DNA of 64,000 nucleotides from an uncultured SAR86 cluster bacterium (GTDB lineage: Bacteria > Pseudomonadota > Gammaproteobacteria > Magnimaribacterales > D2472), in contig CACEJU010000003.1 of assembly GCA_902559885.1 (NCBI GenBank), positions 33,542-97,541 of the forward strand, read 5' to 3'. The translations under genes and the position numbers were made by a program. A model generated the notes under the pieces. The model saw nothing but the letters and a program-made list of their open reading frames with translations. It was not told the origin of the DNA and did no database searches. Positions 29,064-42,787 of this stretch are shown piece after piece (position 1 is the stretch's first letter; each line of letters begins with the position of its first letter).

Positions 29064-30284
29064 ATGGACTTTAAAGATACAACAAAAGAAGCAGAGTTTA
29101 GAAAAAAATGTCATGATTGGTTAGATGCCAATGCTCCAAAAAAAGACTCATCAAAAGCTATTTCCGGAGTTAACGATGAAACAGAGTATCTAGCTGAAGC
29201 CGCAAAATGGCAAAAGAAAAAATATGATGCCGGATGGGCAATGCTTCATTGGCCAAAAGAATATGGGGGTATAAATGCATCTCCTATCGAAAGAATAATT
29301 TGGGGTCAAGAAGAATCAAAATTTGATGTACCAAGAGGTGTATATGATATTGGTCTTGGAATGTGTGGACCTGTACTAATGGAATATGCAACGGAAGAGC
29401 AAAAACAAAGATACCTACCTCCAATGGCTGAAGGTAAAGAAATATGGTGCCAATTATTCTCAGAACCATCTGCTGGATCAGATGTAGCAGGATTAAGAAG
29501 TAAAGCAGTTAAAGATGGTGATAACTGGATAATTAATGGTCAAAAAGTATGGACTTCTGGAGCTCACTATTCTGATTTTGGAATCCTGGTTGTTCGCCAT
29601 GATCCAGATGCAGAAAAGCACAAGGGATTAACTTTCTTTTTCTTGGACATGAAATCCCCTGGTATTGAAGTGAGGCCAATTAAACAAATTACAGGTACCT
29701 CAAACTTTAATGAGGTTTATTTTAATGATGTAGTGATACCAGACTCACAAAGACTTGGTGAGATTGGTGATGGTTGGAAGGTAGCCATAACAACTTTAAT
29801 GAATGAGAGACTTGCTGTGGGAGATGCAAACGGTGTGGATGTAGAAGATGCATTTAAACTAGCAAAAAAACAAGATGATGAAGGCGATACTCTTATTAAT
29901 GATGGCTCAGTGAGAGATTCAATTGCTGACTGGTATTGTGAAGCAAAAGGATTAAGTAACACCAAGTTAAGAACTATGTCAGCATTATCAAAAGGTGAAA
30001 CTCCAGGACCTGAAGCATCAATTACTAAGATAGTAAGTGCTAATAAGCTTCAATCAATTGGTAATTTTGGTATTGATTCCATGGATATGGCTGGAATGCT
30101 TAGGTCTGATGAAGGCGTATCTAGAAGCTTTCAAAATGCTTGGTTAGGTGCACCAGGTTTAAGAATTGCTGGTGGAACTGACGAAATATTAAAAAATATT
30201 ATCGCTGAAAGAATATTAGGACTGCCTCAAGACCCAAGGGCGGATAAAGGAGTTGCATTCAAAGACATTCCTTCTGGAAATTAG
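29064..30284 (+). CDS. acyl-CoA dehydrogenase family protein, catalytic (alpha-like) subunit
   Basis: 406 aa. Intact LFSEPSAGSD loop. A Glu in TTLMNERLAVG aligns with the IVD/LCAD-type catalytic base. The C-terminal GGTDEI has Gly at the MCAD-type Glu position. Confidence 0.75.
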   Translation: MDFKDTTKEAEFRKKCHDWLDANAPKKDSSKAISGVNDETEYLAEAAKWQKKKYDAGWAMLHWPKEYGGINASPIERIIWGQEESKFDVPRGVYDIGLGMCGPVLMEYATEEQKQRYLPPMAEGKEIWCQLFSEPSAGSDVAGLRSKAVKDGDNWIINGQKVWTSGAHYSDFGILVVRHDPDAEKHKGLTFFFLDMKSPGIEVRPIKQITGTSNFNEVYFNDVVIPDSQRLGEIGDGWKVAITTLMNERLAVGDANGVDVEDAFKLAKKQDDEGDTLINDGSVRDSIADWYCEAKGLSNTKLRTMSALSKGETPGPEASITKIVSANKLQSIGNFGIDSMDMAGMLRSDEGVSRSFQNAWLGAPGLRIAGGTDEILKNIIAERILGLPQDPRADKGVAFKDIPSGN

Positions 30285-30291
30285 TTTAGTT

Positions 30292-32004
30292 TTATCTAAA
30301 TATCGATAATAACTTTAAAAAGTCTGTGCTACTGCCTTTTTTGATAATTATTTGACCGGTTGCCAGGCTTTCTATTGGCCTCTTATAGCCTATTAAAATT
30401 TGTTTTAATAAAATTTCAGGTATTTCTATTTCAAGATTACAGTTTGGGGCAATTGTATTAGTAATTTCTATAATATGATTTCTAAAAATCATGCTCTTCT
30501 GACTACTTAATAAATTAAAGCATGCAATGTTTCCATCATTATTATTTAATGACGGATTATATCTTGTAGCTAATATCTTAAAAAAAGTATCAACATGCAT
30601 ATCGTTTAAAGTTTCTGCAGTTAACATATTTCTTTGATCATCAGGTTTAAGATCTATTTCTTGTGCAGAAACTAAGAAATAATTTCTTTTATTTGGATTT
30701 GATGATCTTTTACCAATGTATTCTAAAGCTTCTTTTTTATAGCTCTTTAATTGATTAGATTTATAATCAATTGATTCTAGATAGGATATTAACTCTAGAG
30801 ACCACTGCATATCTTTTTTTATAATTGCATCTTCTAATTCTAAAAATAACTCCTCATCACCTCCAGCTAACATAGATAGTCTTTTAGCTTTATCCTTTTT
30901 TGATAGAGGATCTAAATCTACAGGCTCCCCACTAAACCATCCTAGATAACCATTAAATATACTTTTGACTGACCATCTAACGGTGCCATAAAACTCATAT
31001 AAAAATGGTGATGCTGCTAACTCTGGTGGCAATGTTATAGCGCTTGCTATTTCTTCAGGTAAAAGGCCTTTATTCATTAGGCGTATAGTTTGATCATGAA
31101 TATATTGAATAGCATCTCTGTATATCGTTAATGCATCCATGGCATTTTTACCTTCTATTACCTTTGTATGGCTTGGAAAAATATACTGGGGATTAAAACT
31201 TCTCATGTGATCCAAGCTATCTACCCAACCTTGAACATCTCTATGAGTCGTTCCTCGAATTGTATAAAGATTAGGGAAAGTCTTATAAATATTATCACCG
31301 GGCATCAATGATTTATGCTTGGGTAGCCAAACAAATATCTGATCATTTGTCTCGCCAGGCGCATGATAGAGTTCAATATTTATTCCAGATATCTTTAACT
31401 TTAATTCATCTTTAAAGGTTGTATCTGCTTTAACATATCCAAGGGGAGACTTTGAAACATTCAAGCTCTTACCTATTCCTACATTGATTAAATCTTTATC
31501 ATCAAGTGTACCTCCAAACATTCGAGTACTTCTCTTGCTAATAATTGGATTTAAAATACCCAATATTCTCTGCATATAATAATCAGTTGATTCATGTGCA
31601 ATTATCATGGGTTTTTTTTCTTGATTATTTACGTAGTATGATGTGCCAAAATTATGATCACCATGATTGTGCGTATAAATAATTGCACTTATTGGATTTG
31701 AGTTAAGTTTTCTAAATTGAGTATATATAAGCTCAGCTTCATGAATGCTATCAGATGTATCAATAATGATATTACCACCCTCTCCCTCAACCATAATTGA
31801 GTTAGCAATTCCAAAGCCTACTGCAATATGTATATTGCCTCCTGGCGTTTCGTAGCTATATATATTTCTATCAAATTCTTTAGTATGTTCAATCAATAGC
31901 TGGACGCTAGAAGGTTGCTCATCTAGTTCATTATTTTCAATATTATTTTCAGAACATGAAAGTAAAAAAAGAAGTAAAATGGTGTTTATAACAATGATTT
32001 TCAT
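30292..32004 (-). CDS. alkyl/aryl-sulfatase, metallo-beta-lactamase fold (SdsA1/BDS1-like), lipoprotein
   Basis: 570 aa. Lipobox LLSCS, HTHNHGDHNFG zinc motif, a long dimerisation region, and an SCP2-like C-terminal domain typical of type III sulfatases. Confidence 0.7.
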   Translation of the reverse strand: MKIIVINTILLLFLLSCSENNIENNELDEQPSSVQLLIEHTKEFDRNIYSYETPGGNIHIAVGFGIANSIMVEGEGGNIIIDTSDSIHEAELIYTQFRKLNSNPISAIIYTHNHGDHNFGTSYYVNNQEKKPMIIAHESTDYYMQRILGILNPIISKRSTRMFGGTLDDKDLINVGIGKSLNVSKSPLGYVKADTTFKDELKLKISGINIELYHAPGETNDQIFVWLPKHKSLMPGDNIYKTFPNLYTIRGTTHRDVQGWVDSLDHMRSFNPQYIFPSHTKVIEGKNAMDALTIYRDAIQYIHDQTIRLMNKGLLPEEIASAITLPPELAASPFLYEFYGTVRWSVKSIFNGYLGWFSGEPVDLDPLSKKDKAKRLSMLAGGDEELFLELEDAIIKKDMQWSLELISYLESIDYKSNQLKSYKKEALEYIGKRSSNPNKRNYFLVSAQEIDLKPDDQRNMLTAETLNDMHVDTFFKILATRYNPSLNNNDGNIACFNLLSSQKSMIFRNHIIEITNTIAPNCNLEIEIPEILLKQILIGYKRPIESLATGQIIIKKGSSTDFLKLLSIFR

Positions 32005-32016
32005 ATAATCCCCTTC

Positions 32017-33855
32017 ATGAATGATACATCTGACACATCTGTATTAAAAGTAAAAACTAATGATTGTTCATTCGATAATAATAATGTGCGCTCAAGGGAA
32101 TATGACGATATTTTTTTCCAAAAAGATGGTATTGATGAAAGTAAATATGTTTTTTTTGATCAAAATAATATTCAAGAAAAATTTGATAAATTAAAACCTA
32201 ACTCATCTTTTACAATTGGTGAAATTGGGTTTGGTCTTGGCTTAAATTTTTTAATAGCAATAAAGAAATGGAAAAAATCAAATAATGTAAATAAAAATAC
32301 TGAACTTAACTATATAGCATTTGATAAATTTGTAATTGATGAAGAGATACTAAGAAATTTATCTTTAATATATCCAGATATAAAACCTGAAGCAGAAATA
32401 TTGATTAAAAATATGCAGCCACTTAAAAGCGGTATAAATTTCATAAATATATTCGAATTGAATCTTAAGTTAATTTTTTTTGTGGGCGATATTAGCGAGC
32501 AACTAAATCTTGCAAAAACATTGTTAAATACAAAAATTGATTCTTGGTTCTTTGATGGCTTTGATCCAAAAAAAAACCCCGAAATGTGGTCAAAAAAAAT
32601 TTTTATTGATGCATTACATCTCTCATCAAATGAAGCTTCTTTCTCAACTTATACATCCTCTAGGGTTGTAAAAAAAAGCTTAGCTGACCTCGGCATTCAA
32701 TTTAATAAGGTTAAAGGGTTTGGTAAGAAAAGACATATGCTTACTGGCATATTCCCAAAAAAATTATTTCCTAATATTAAAAATAATAGTAGCTTGAGGA
32801 TAGCTATAATTGGATCTGGATTATCAGGATCAATAACAGCTAATAAACTAGCAAAAAATAATAATTTTAAGGTTACAGTATTTGATAGCCAGGAAAGCAG
32901 AGCATCATCGAGCCCAAATGCTGCCATGTACCCAAAACTTGCTCTTGGTTCAGACACTCGATCACATTTTGTCTTTCAGTCTTACTTTTATGCTGCAAGC
33001 TATTATTCTGAAAATATACCTGAATTTAATAATGAAGGAATTATTTTCTTATCAAGCAATGAAAATAAAAAAGATTGGATAAATAGATTCATGAAATTTA
33101 ATAGAAATGATATTGCTCATAAAATATCAAAAAATGAGATACATGAACTTACTGGTATAGAGCAAGATTATTCTGGTCTTAAATTTAATATTGGTGGATG
33201 TCTTTCACCAAATAAAGTATGCAAACATCATCTAATGCATAAAAATATAGAATATAAAAAAAGCTTTTATTTTGAATCCTTTGAAGTAAATGACCACAAT
33301 AAAATAAATATAAATTTTCTTAATAAAGGATCTGAGGATAACTATGATTACCTGATTTTGGCACTTGGCTCTGGGATTAAGAAATTTATTCCGAGTCTTA
33401 ATATATTAAAAGGCTCGTTAATAGCATTAAAAAACAATAGATTTAAAAAAGTTAAGATCCCAATAAATCACTCTGGTTACATATTACCAGTTAAGGATGG
33501 TTTTACATGGATTGGTTCTTCTCATCAAAAAAATGTACCCACTATTAATCAAGAAGATTCTGATGAAGAAATTTTAAATAATTTAAACTCCCTAATAAAC
33601 ACTGATATTTCAAGCAATGAAGTAATCAAGAGGTGGTCAGGTGATAGGATTACTACCCCAAATAAATTACCAATTTGCGGTACTTACAAAAATCATAATA
33701 ATGTATTTTTAATTGGTGGCTTAGGATCAAGAGGTTTAAGTTATGCCCCAGCACTAGCTGAACACATTAATTGCATGATAAGAAACAAACAGACTATTTT
33801 TACAAGGAATATTGAGGAAGCTATTTCACCCAACAGGTTTAAAGATTTGTCATAA
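32017..33855 (+). CDS. mnmC: bifunctional tRNA 5-methylaminomethyl-2-thiouridine biosynthesis protein MnmC
   Basis: 612 aa. N-terminal SAM methyltransferase (GEIGFGLGLNFL, DSWFFDGFDPKKNPEMWS) and a C-terminal FAD oxidoreductase (IAIIGSGLSGS). Confidence 0.85.
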   Translation: MNDTSDTSVLKVKTNDCSFDNNNVRSREYDDIFFQKDGIDESKYVFFDQNNIQEKFDKLKPNSSFTIGEIGFGLGLNFLIAIKKWKKSNNVNKNTELNYIAFDKFVIDEEILRNLSLIYPDIKPEAEILIKNMQPLKSGINFINIFELNLKLIFFVGDISEQLNLAKTLLNTKIDSWFFDGFDPKKNPEMWSKKIFIDALHLSSNEASFSTYTSSRVVKKSLADLGIQFNKVKGFGKKRHMLTGIFPKKLFPNIKNNSSLRIAIIGSGLSGSITANKLAKNNNFKVTVFDSQESRASSSPNAAMYPKLALGSDTRSHFVFQSYFYAASYYSENIPEFNNEGIIFLSSNENKKDWINRFMKFNRNDIAHKISKNEIHELTGIEQDYSGLKFNIGGCLSPNKVCKHHLMHKNIEYKKSFYFESFEVNDHNKININFLNKGSEDNYDYLILALGSGIKKFIPSLNILKGSLIALKNNRFKKVKIPINHSGYILPVKDGFTWIGSSHQKNVPTINQEDSDEEILNNLNSLINTDISSNEVIKRWSGDRITTPNKLPICGTYKNHNNVFLIGGLGSRGLSYAPALAEHINCMIRNKQTIFTRNIEEAISPNRFKDLS

Positions 33856-34354
33856 TTTCGTCAATCAAAATTGCTAAACCATCATCACTTATTGGGTTAT
33901 TGGATGAACCAGATCTCCAGCCAGTCACTATAGTCCAAACAATTTTGTCTTCTTTTAAATCTTTAATATTAATCCTAAGAAAATACTTAGAAATGGTTCT
34001 AATATCGTTTCTGTAATATGGATCCCAATAATAATATGAATACCTAGATCGAAGAGGATCGCTTTCAATTTCATCTTTTGTAGAGATCATGATATTAAAT
34101 TCTATAGATGCTTGTTTAGATTCTGAAAGCCCTCTATCGATCAATGCATTAGTAATTGCAAATTTAACCTTTTCTAGATCAAGTGGATTAATTTCAGCGC
34201 TAACTTTTTCAGCATTTATATTTATATAAAAATCGTTATAATTATCAATGTTAAAGTTATTTAAAGTATCGACTTCAACATTTAATTTTGTGCTTGTGCT
34301 ACATCCATAAATAAACACTAGCAGTAAAGAAATTAATAAATTTTTATATATCAT
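33839..34354 (-). CDS. hypothetical lipoprotein (possibly DUF4136-like)
   Basis: 171 aa. Lipobox FIYGCST. Family call is tentative. Confidence 0.45.
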   Translation of the reverse strand: MIYKNLLISLLLVFIYGCSTSTKLNVEVDTLNNFNIDNYNDFYININAEKVSAEINPLDLEKVKFAITNALIDRGLSESKQASIEFNIMISTKDEIESDPLRSRYSYYYWDPYYRNDIRTISKYFLRINIKDLKEDKIVWTIVTGWRSGSSNNPISDDGLAILIDEIMTNL

Positions 34355-34386
34355 TTTTAAACCTCATAAAAATATTTTAATACCAT

Positions 34387-37214
34387 ATGTTTAATTTACA
34401 AAATCAAAAGAAAATAACAAATTTGAATGTTAATGCGCACATCTATAACCACGAAAAATTTGGATGTCAGCATCTTCATCTTGAATCTAAAAATAATGAA
34501 AAAGTTTTTATGGTTGCATTTAGAACCGTTCCAGAAGATTCAACAGGAGTAGCACATATACTTGAGCATACAGCTTTGTGTGGATCAAAAAAATATCCTG
34601 TTAGAGATCCTTTTTTTATGATGATAAGAAGGTCTATAAATTCTTTTATGAACGCTTTTACCTCAAGTGATTGGACTGCCTACCCTTTTGCAACTCAAAA
34701 TGAAAAAGATTTTAATAATTTATTATCTGTTTATCTTGATTCTGCTTTTTTCCCGAATCTCGATGCATTGGATTTTGCCCAGGAAGGTCATAGATTAGAG
34801 TTCGCAAATGAAGAAAAAGATAAATTAGAAATCAAGGGTGTTGTATATAATGAAATGAAAGGTGCTATGAGCTCAATTACAAGTCAGCTTTGGCATGGCA
34901 TGTCTAAATATTTATATAGTTCTTCAACATACAAGCATAATAGCGGAGGAAATCCAGAAGATATTCTTGATCTAACTCATGATGATTTGGTTAATTTTCA
35001 TAAGAAACACTATCATCCCTCTAATGCTATTTTTTTAACTTTTGGTGATATGAACCCAGAGCATATCCAGAATTATATTGAGGAAAATGTCTTATCAAAA
35101 TTTGATCCATCTGATATGGAAATTTCAGTAGAGAATGAATCAAGAATTCAATCTCCTATTAGAGCTTCTGATAAATATAATCCTTTGCCTGGAGATGAAA
35201 AAAATCATCATGTTCTTATTAGTTGGTTGCTAGGAGAAAGTCATAATCCTACAGAGCTCCTAGAAAATTATTTAATGTCTAGTGTGTTATTAGATAATTC
35301 TGCATCGCCACTTAGAAAAATCTTAGAAACTTCTCAACTGGGTAAATCACCCTCACCTTTGACTGGCCTTGAAACTAGTCAAAAAGAAATAATATTTGCA
35401 TGCGGCTTTGAAGGTGTAAGCAGTAATCATGAGATCGATGTTGAAAATACCATAATCGATGAACTCAAAAAAATAGTTGAGAATGGTATTTCTATGGATG
35501 TTATTGAAGCTTCTCTTCATCAGCTTGAGATCAGACAAAAAGAAATTGCAGGAGGAGAACCTTTTGGTCTTCAGCTTATGCTGCATTGCTTGCCAGCTTT
35601 TATTCACCGCGATGATCCTATTAAAATATTAGATTTAGATGATTCATTTAAAGTTATTAGGGAAAGAATTAAAGAGAAAGGATATATAGAATCACTTATT
35701 GATAAGAATCTTATATCAAACAACCATAGACTTACATATACTCTTGTTCCAGAGGAAGGTTTAAATGCAAAAAGTGAAGCAAAGATTAATAAAAATCTTA
35801 AAGATAGACTTAGCACACTTACTGAAGTAGAAAAAAATAAGATTGTAAATCTAGCAAAATCACTTAAACAAAGACAAGAACAGGTAGATGATCCTGAGAT
35901 ATTACCAAAAGTAACAAAAGATGATGTCTCAAAAGAGATAAAGATTAAAAAACCTGCTCTTACAAAAGAAAATAATTACTTTTATGAAATTGGTTCAAAT
36001 GGTATTTTTTATAATACATTGATATATCCATGCATGAATTTATCAAGTGAGGAGCTTAAGTTTGCCTCGATGTTTGCTAACAGCATAACCGAAGTTGAAA
36101 ATGGCAAACTTTCATATGAAGAATTTCAGAAATTGCAGTCGTCTATATCAGGAGGTATTTCTACAGCATTTACATTAATACCTTATAAAGATAGCTACTC
36201 TCTAGCATTGAAAATTTCAGGTAAAAGTCTTGAAGAGAACTCTTCTAAACTGAATGATCTTATCCATTCAACAATAGATAAGACAATAATGAATAACGAA
36301 AATAGATTAAAAGAAATTTTAAACCTTGTGGCTTCTCAAAATGATGCCTCATTAGTTCAAAATGGTCATTACTTAGCTATGAATAGTTCAGCATCCAGTA
36401 TAAGTGAAATAGCATCTACGAATGATGTCTTGTCAGGTATTAAATTTATAACTAATACAAATAAGCTCATTAAAGATGAAAAAGCTTTTGAAGATTATTT
36501 AGAAATATTGAGATCTATTCAATCAAAAATTGTTAAGCAACCAATGTATCAATATGCGGCAACTTCAAAAGATATTGATTCAATTATTCTTCAAAACAAA
36601 GCTAAAAATATAGAAACAGAAATATTAAACCTTTCCATAGCATCAAATATAAATAATGCATGGATTACAGGTTCTCAGGTTTCCTTTTGTGCTGAAACTT
36701 TCCCATCAGTGGGATCAAATCATAAGGATTCAGCAGCATTGGCAGTGCTAGGAGTAGTTCTTAGAAATGGCTATTTGCATACTGCGATTAGAGAGAAAGG
36801 AGGAGCCTATGGCTCAGGAGCAATGAATGATACGGTTTCAAAATGCTTTAAGTTCTTTTCTTACAGAGATCCAAAGTGCTCAGAAACGTTTGCTGAATTC
36901 AAAAATTCAATTGATTGGGTTTTGTCTGGCTCAGTATCAAAAGAACAATTAGAAGAAGGTATTTTAGGTATTGTATCAAGCATTGATAAGCCCTTATCTC
37001 CAAATGGAGAATCTGCAATGGATTTTACGAATATGCTGGATGGTAAAACTGATGAAGATAGATTACGTTTTAAAAATAATGTACTTAGTTGTACTTTAGA
37101 AGATATTAAAAGAGTAGCTAATACGTATTTAATACAAAATAGCTCTAAATCAGTAATTGCTGGTAAAGGCTTTGAAGATGAAATTTCAAAACTTGGTTTT
37201 AGTATAAATATTAT

Positions 37215-37218
<4 letters not shown>
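34387..37218 (+). CDS. M16C insulinase-family zinc metallopeptidase (PreP/presequence-protease-like)
   Basis: 943 aa. Inverted zinc motif HILEHTALCGS. Length and four-domain layout typical of M16C. Confidence 0.8.
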
Positions 37219-39954
<2,736 letters not shown>

Positions 39955-40575
39955 CTAATTATAACTTTCTAAGCTTTTAATTCGAGCAATCTCCTGGGCT
40001 TTATTTTCAAGATGAGAAATCATTTGTTTTGTAATGGGGGTCCTTTCTTGGTCGCAAATATTTGCATGAAATTTATCAGCAAATAAGTAAGAAAGATCAA
40101 CCATAGATTTTAAAGTTAGAATAGGATCATCAACAGTTACAAGATCTGCAGCAACTATTATTGCAAATGTTTTTGTTTCCTCGTTGAGTAACCCAGGATT
40201 TAAAGCGTTAGCAATTCTATATTCCTCATTACCAGAACTTAAGACCGAAAAAAAACCATTATTAAACTTAGCATCTATGTTATTCATAAATCCAAACAAT
40301 TGATCCATATCAAAGAAAGATTTATCGATAGATATTAAGTTAAAAACTACTAACTCCTGATCTGGGAGATCATTGCTTGAATTATCGAATTCAAAAGAAG
40401 TTTGTTCCGCTTTTGAATGCTTAGAATCTGAAATATTGCTATCAATGGAGGGTTCTATTTTTACATGAAGATCTCTATTGCTTGAAATTTTCTTAACAAA
40501 AAAGAAAGTAAGTACTAAGAAAGCTAGTACAGATATACCAATAAGATATATTTCAATATTAGCATCTATCATCAT
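39955..40575 (-). CDS. zipA: cell division protein ZipA (short form)
   Basis: 206 aa. N-terminal TM anchor plus a ZipA-like C-terminal domain. Sits in the conserved smc-zipA-ligA position. The P/Q-rich linker is largely absent. Confidence 0.6.
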   Translation of the reverse strand: MMIDANIEIYLIGISVLAFLVLTFFFVKKISSNRDLHVKIEPSIDSNISDSKHSKAEQTSFEFDNSSNDLPDQELVVFNLISIDKSFFDMDQLFGFMNNIDAKFNNGFFSVLSSGNEEYRIANALNPGLLNEETKTFAIIVAADLVTVDDPILTLKSMVDLSYLFADKFHANICDQERTPITKQMISHLENKAQEIARIKSLESYN

Positions 40576-42755
40576 GCCTCAGCCATTTCTAAAGCTTGGC
40601 TAACATCAACAGAAACCATTCTTGAAACCCCAGCTTCTTGCATAGTGACGCCCATCAGGTGATCGCTTTTTTCCATTGAAACCTTGTTATGTGTAATAAA
40701 TATAAATTGAACATTTTTTGACATTTCATCAACCATGTCTATGAATCTCATAGTATTTAAATCATCTAATGGTGCATCTACCTCATCTAACATACAAAAA
40801 GGTGCTGGGTTTAATTCAAATAAAGCAAAAACTAATGCAAGTGCAGTTAATGCTTTTTCACCACCAGATAATTGCGATATTGTTGCATTCTTTTTTCCAG
40901 GAGGTCTAGCCATTAAAACAACGCCTGCATTAAGCGGATCTGGATCGGTCAATGTTAATTCAGCAAAACCTCCTCCAAATAATTTAGGGAATACCTCTTT
41001 AACTTTAGCATTGACAGAATCAAAACTTTCTTTAAAAATTATTTTAGTTTCCTGATCAATTTTTTTAATAGCATCAGAAAGTTTAGCAAGAGCTTCTTCA
41101 AGATCTTGATACTGCTCATCAAGATCATCTTTTCTTTTTGATTCTTCTGCTATTTCTTCAGGAGCCGCTAAATTAATTGCACCAAGTCTTACAATTTTTA
41201 CCTGTATTTCATTTAGTAAGTCTTCAAGCTCACTAATTTTTAGATTTTCATATTTAGATAAATCTAATTCTTCAATATTTATTCCAGCATCATTAAGCTT
41301 AGACTGTGCGGTTTCATATTTAATCTGATGTGATTTTAGCTCAACTCTATTATTTGATATTTTCTCAGCAATAGTTCTTAAATCTAGCTCAGCCATTGAT
41401 CGATCTCGCTCAAGCTCTCTAACTTCTGCATCAACTTTTGATTGTTGTTGTCTAATTTTATTTAATTCTGTTTCAGATAGAGCGCTATCTTCAATTAACG
41501 CTTTTAATTCAAGTGAATTTTTTTCTTGAATTTTTTGTGAGCTATTTATGTCATTAGTTAACCTTGATTTACGAAGTATGTAATCATCTTGAATTGATTT
41601 AGTTTGAGCAGATGCAATATCAAAAATCTCTAAAAGTAGCTCTTTTAGCTCAATAGTCTTAGTCTTTATTGTGTCATTAGGTATTGATGAAATAATTTCA
41701 TCAAGAATGTGAAGTGCTTTTTCTTTTGGAGTTAAGTTTTCAAAATTAGAATTTTTTTCAATTGTTTTTTGGTGCAATGCCTCTACTCTATCTAATTCCT
41801 CTTTCAGACTATCTTCAGAAGACTTTGCATTATGAATATTCTGTTCAAGTCTCGCGATTTCAGCACCAATTGTGTAGTATTTTTTCTGAGCTTCTTCATA
41901 GGAGTTTATAACTGATTCATTCTGTGTTCTAAACTCATCAATTTGGGCCTGCTTAGCTTGAGTTTCAGCTTCTTTAATTTTGTAATCTCTGTTGTATTTA
42001 TCAATTATTTTTTGCAATTCATCTCTTTTTTCTTGCGCCTCTAATAAGAAAAGCACAGAAATATCGATCTCTGTCTCATTTTCTTGTTTTTTAAGAAATT
42101 GGTATTTTTCAGCTGCTTTTGCTTGACCCTCAAGACGCCTTATTAGTCTTGCAATCTCGTCTCTAATATCTTTTACTCTTGAAAGATTCTCTTTGGTTCT
42201 TTTAATTCTGCTTTCTGTTTCTTTTCTTCTTTCACGATATTTTGATACACCCGCAGCTTCCTCTATATGAACTCTTAATTCCTCTGGTTTTGCACCAACA
42301 AGGTTACTTACCATACCTTGCTCAATAATTGCATACGAATTAGGGCCTAGGCCTGTTCCCAAAAAAATATCCTGAACATCCTTTCGCCTACATTTTGTAT
42401 TATTTATAAAATAATCTGATATGCCATCTCTAGTCATAGATCTTTTAATAGAGATTTCATTAAATGATGCGTATTCGCCCCCGATTTTTCCCATTGAATT
42501 ATCAAATAATAACTCTACGGTACATTGCCCCGAAGCTTTTCTTTTATCTGAGCCATTAAAGATAACATCAACCATAGAATCACCCCTAAGATTCTTTGCT
42601 GAAAGCTCGCCTAAAACCCATTTAACTGCATCTATAACATTAGATTTACCACAACCATTTGGGCCTACAACTCCAACTAGATTTGTTGGAAAAGTAATTT
42701 TCGTGGAATCCACGAAGCTCTTAAAACCTGAAAGTTTTATGTGTTTAAGCTGCAT
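40572..42755 (-). CDS. smc: chromosome segregation protein SMC, unusually short (727 aa, no recognisable hinge)
   Basis: Canonical N-terminal head (FKSFVD..GPNGCGKSNVIDAVKWVLGE) and C-terminal head (LSGGEKALTALALVFALF..FCMLDEVDAPLDD) in one uninterrupted ORF. About 390 aa of coiled-coil-like sequence lies between them. Confidence 0.8.
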   Translation of the reverse strand: MQLKHIKLSGFKSFVDSTKITFPTNLVGVVGPNGCGKSNVIDAVKWVLGELSAKNLRGDSMVDVIFNGSDKRKASGQCTVELLFDNSMGKIGGEYASFNEISIKRSMTRDGISDYFINNTKCRRKDVQDIFLGTGLGPNSYAIIEQGMVSNLVGAKPEELRVHIEEAAGVSKYRERRKETESRIKRTKENLSRVKDIRDEIARLIRRLEGQAKAAEKYQFLKKQENETEIDISVLFLLEAQEKRDELQKIIDKYNRDYKIKEAETQAKQAQIDEFRTQNESVINSYEEAQKKYYTIGAEIARLEQNIHNAKSSEDSLKEELDRVEALHQKTIEKNSNFENLTPKEKALHILDEIISSIPNDTIKTKTIELKELLLEIFDIASAQTKSIQDDYILRKSRLTNDINSSQKIQEKNSLELKALIEDSALSETELNKIRQQQSKVDAEVRELERDRSMAELDLRTIAEKISNNRVELKSHQIKYETAQSKLNDAGINIEELDLSKYENLKISELEDLLNEIQVKIVRLGAINLAAPEEIAEESKRKDDLDEQYQDLEEALAKLSDAIKKIDQETKIIFKESFDSVNAKVKEVFPKLFGGGFAELTLTDPDPLNAGVVLMARPPGKKNATISQLSGGEKALTALALVFALFELNPAPFCMLDEVDAPLDDLNTMRFIDMVDEMSKNVQFIFITHNKVSMEKSDHLMGVTMQEAGVSRMVSVDVSQALEMAEA

Positions 42756-42787
42756 ATTTAATTATAAATTTTAAACTACATATTAAA

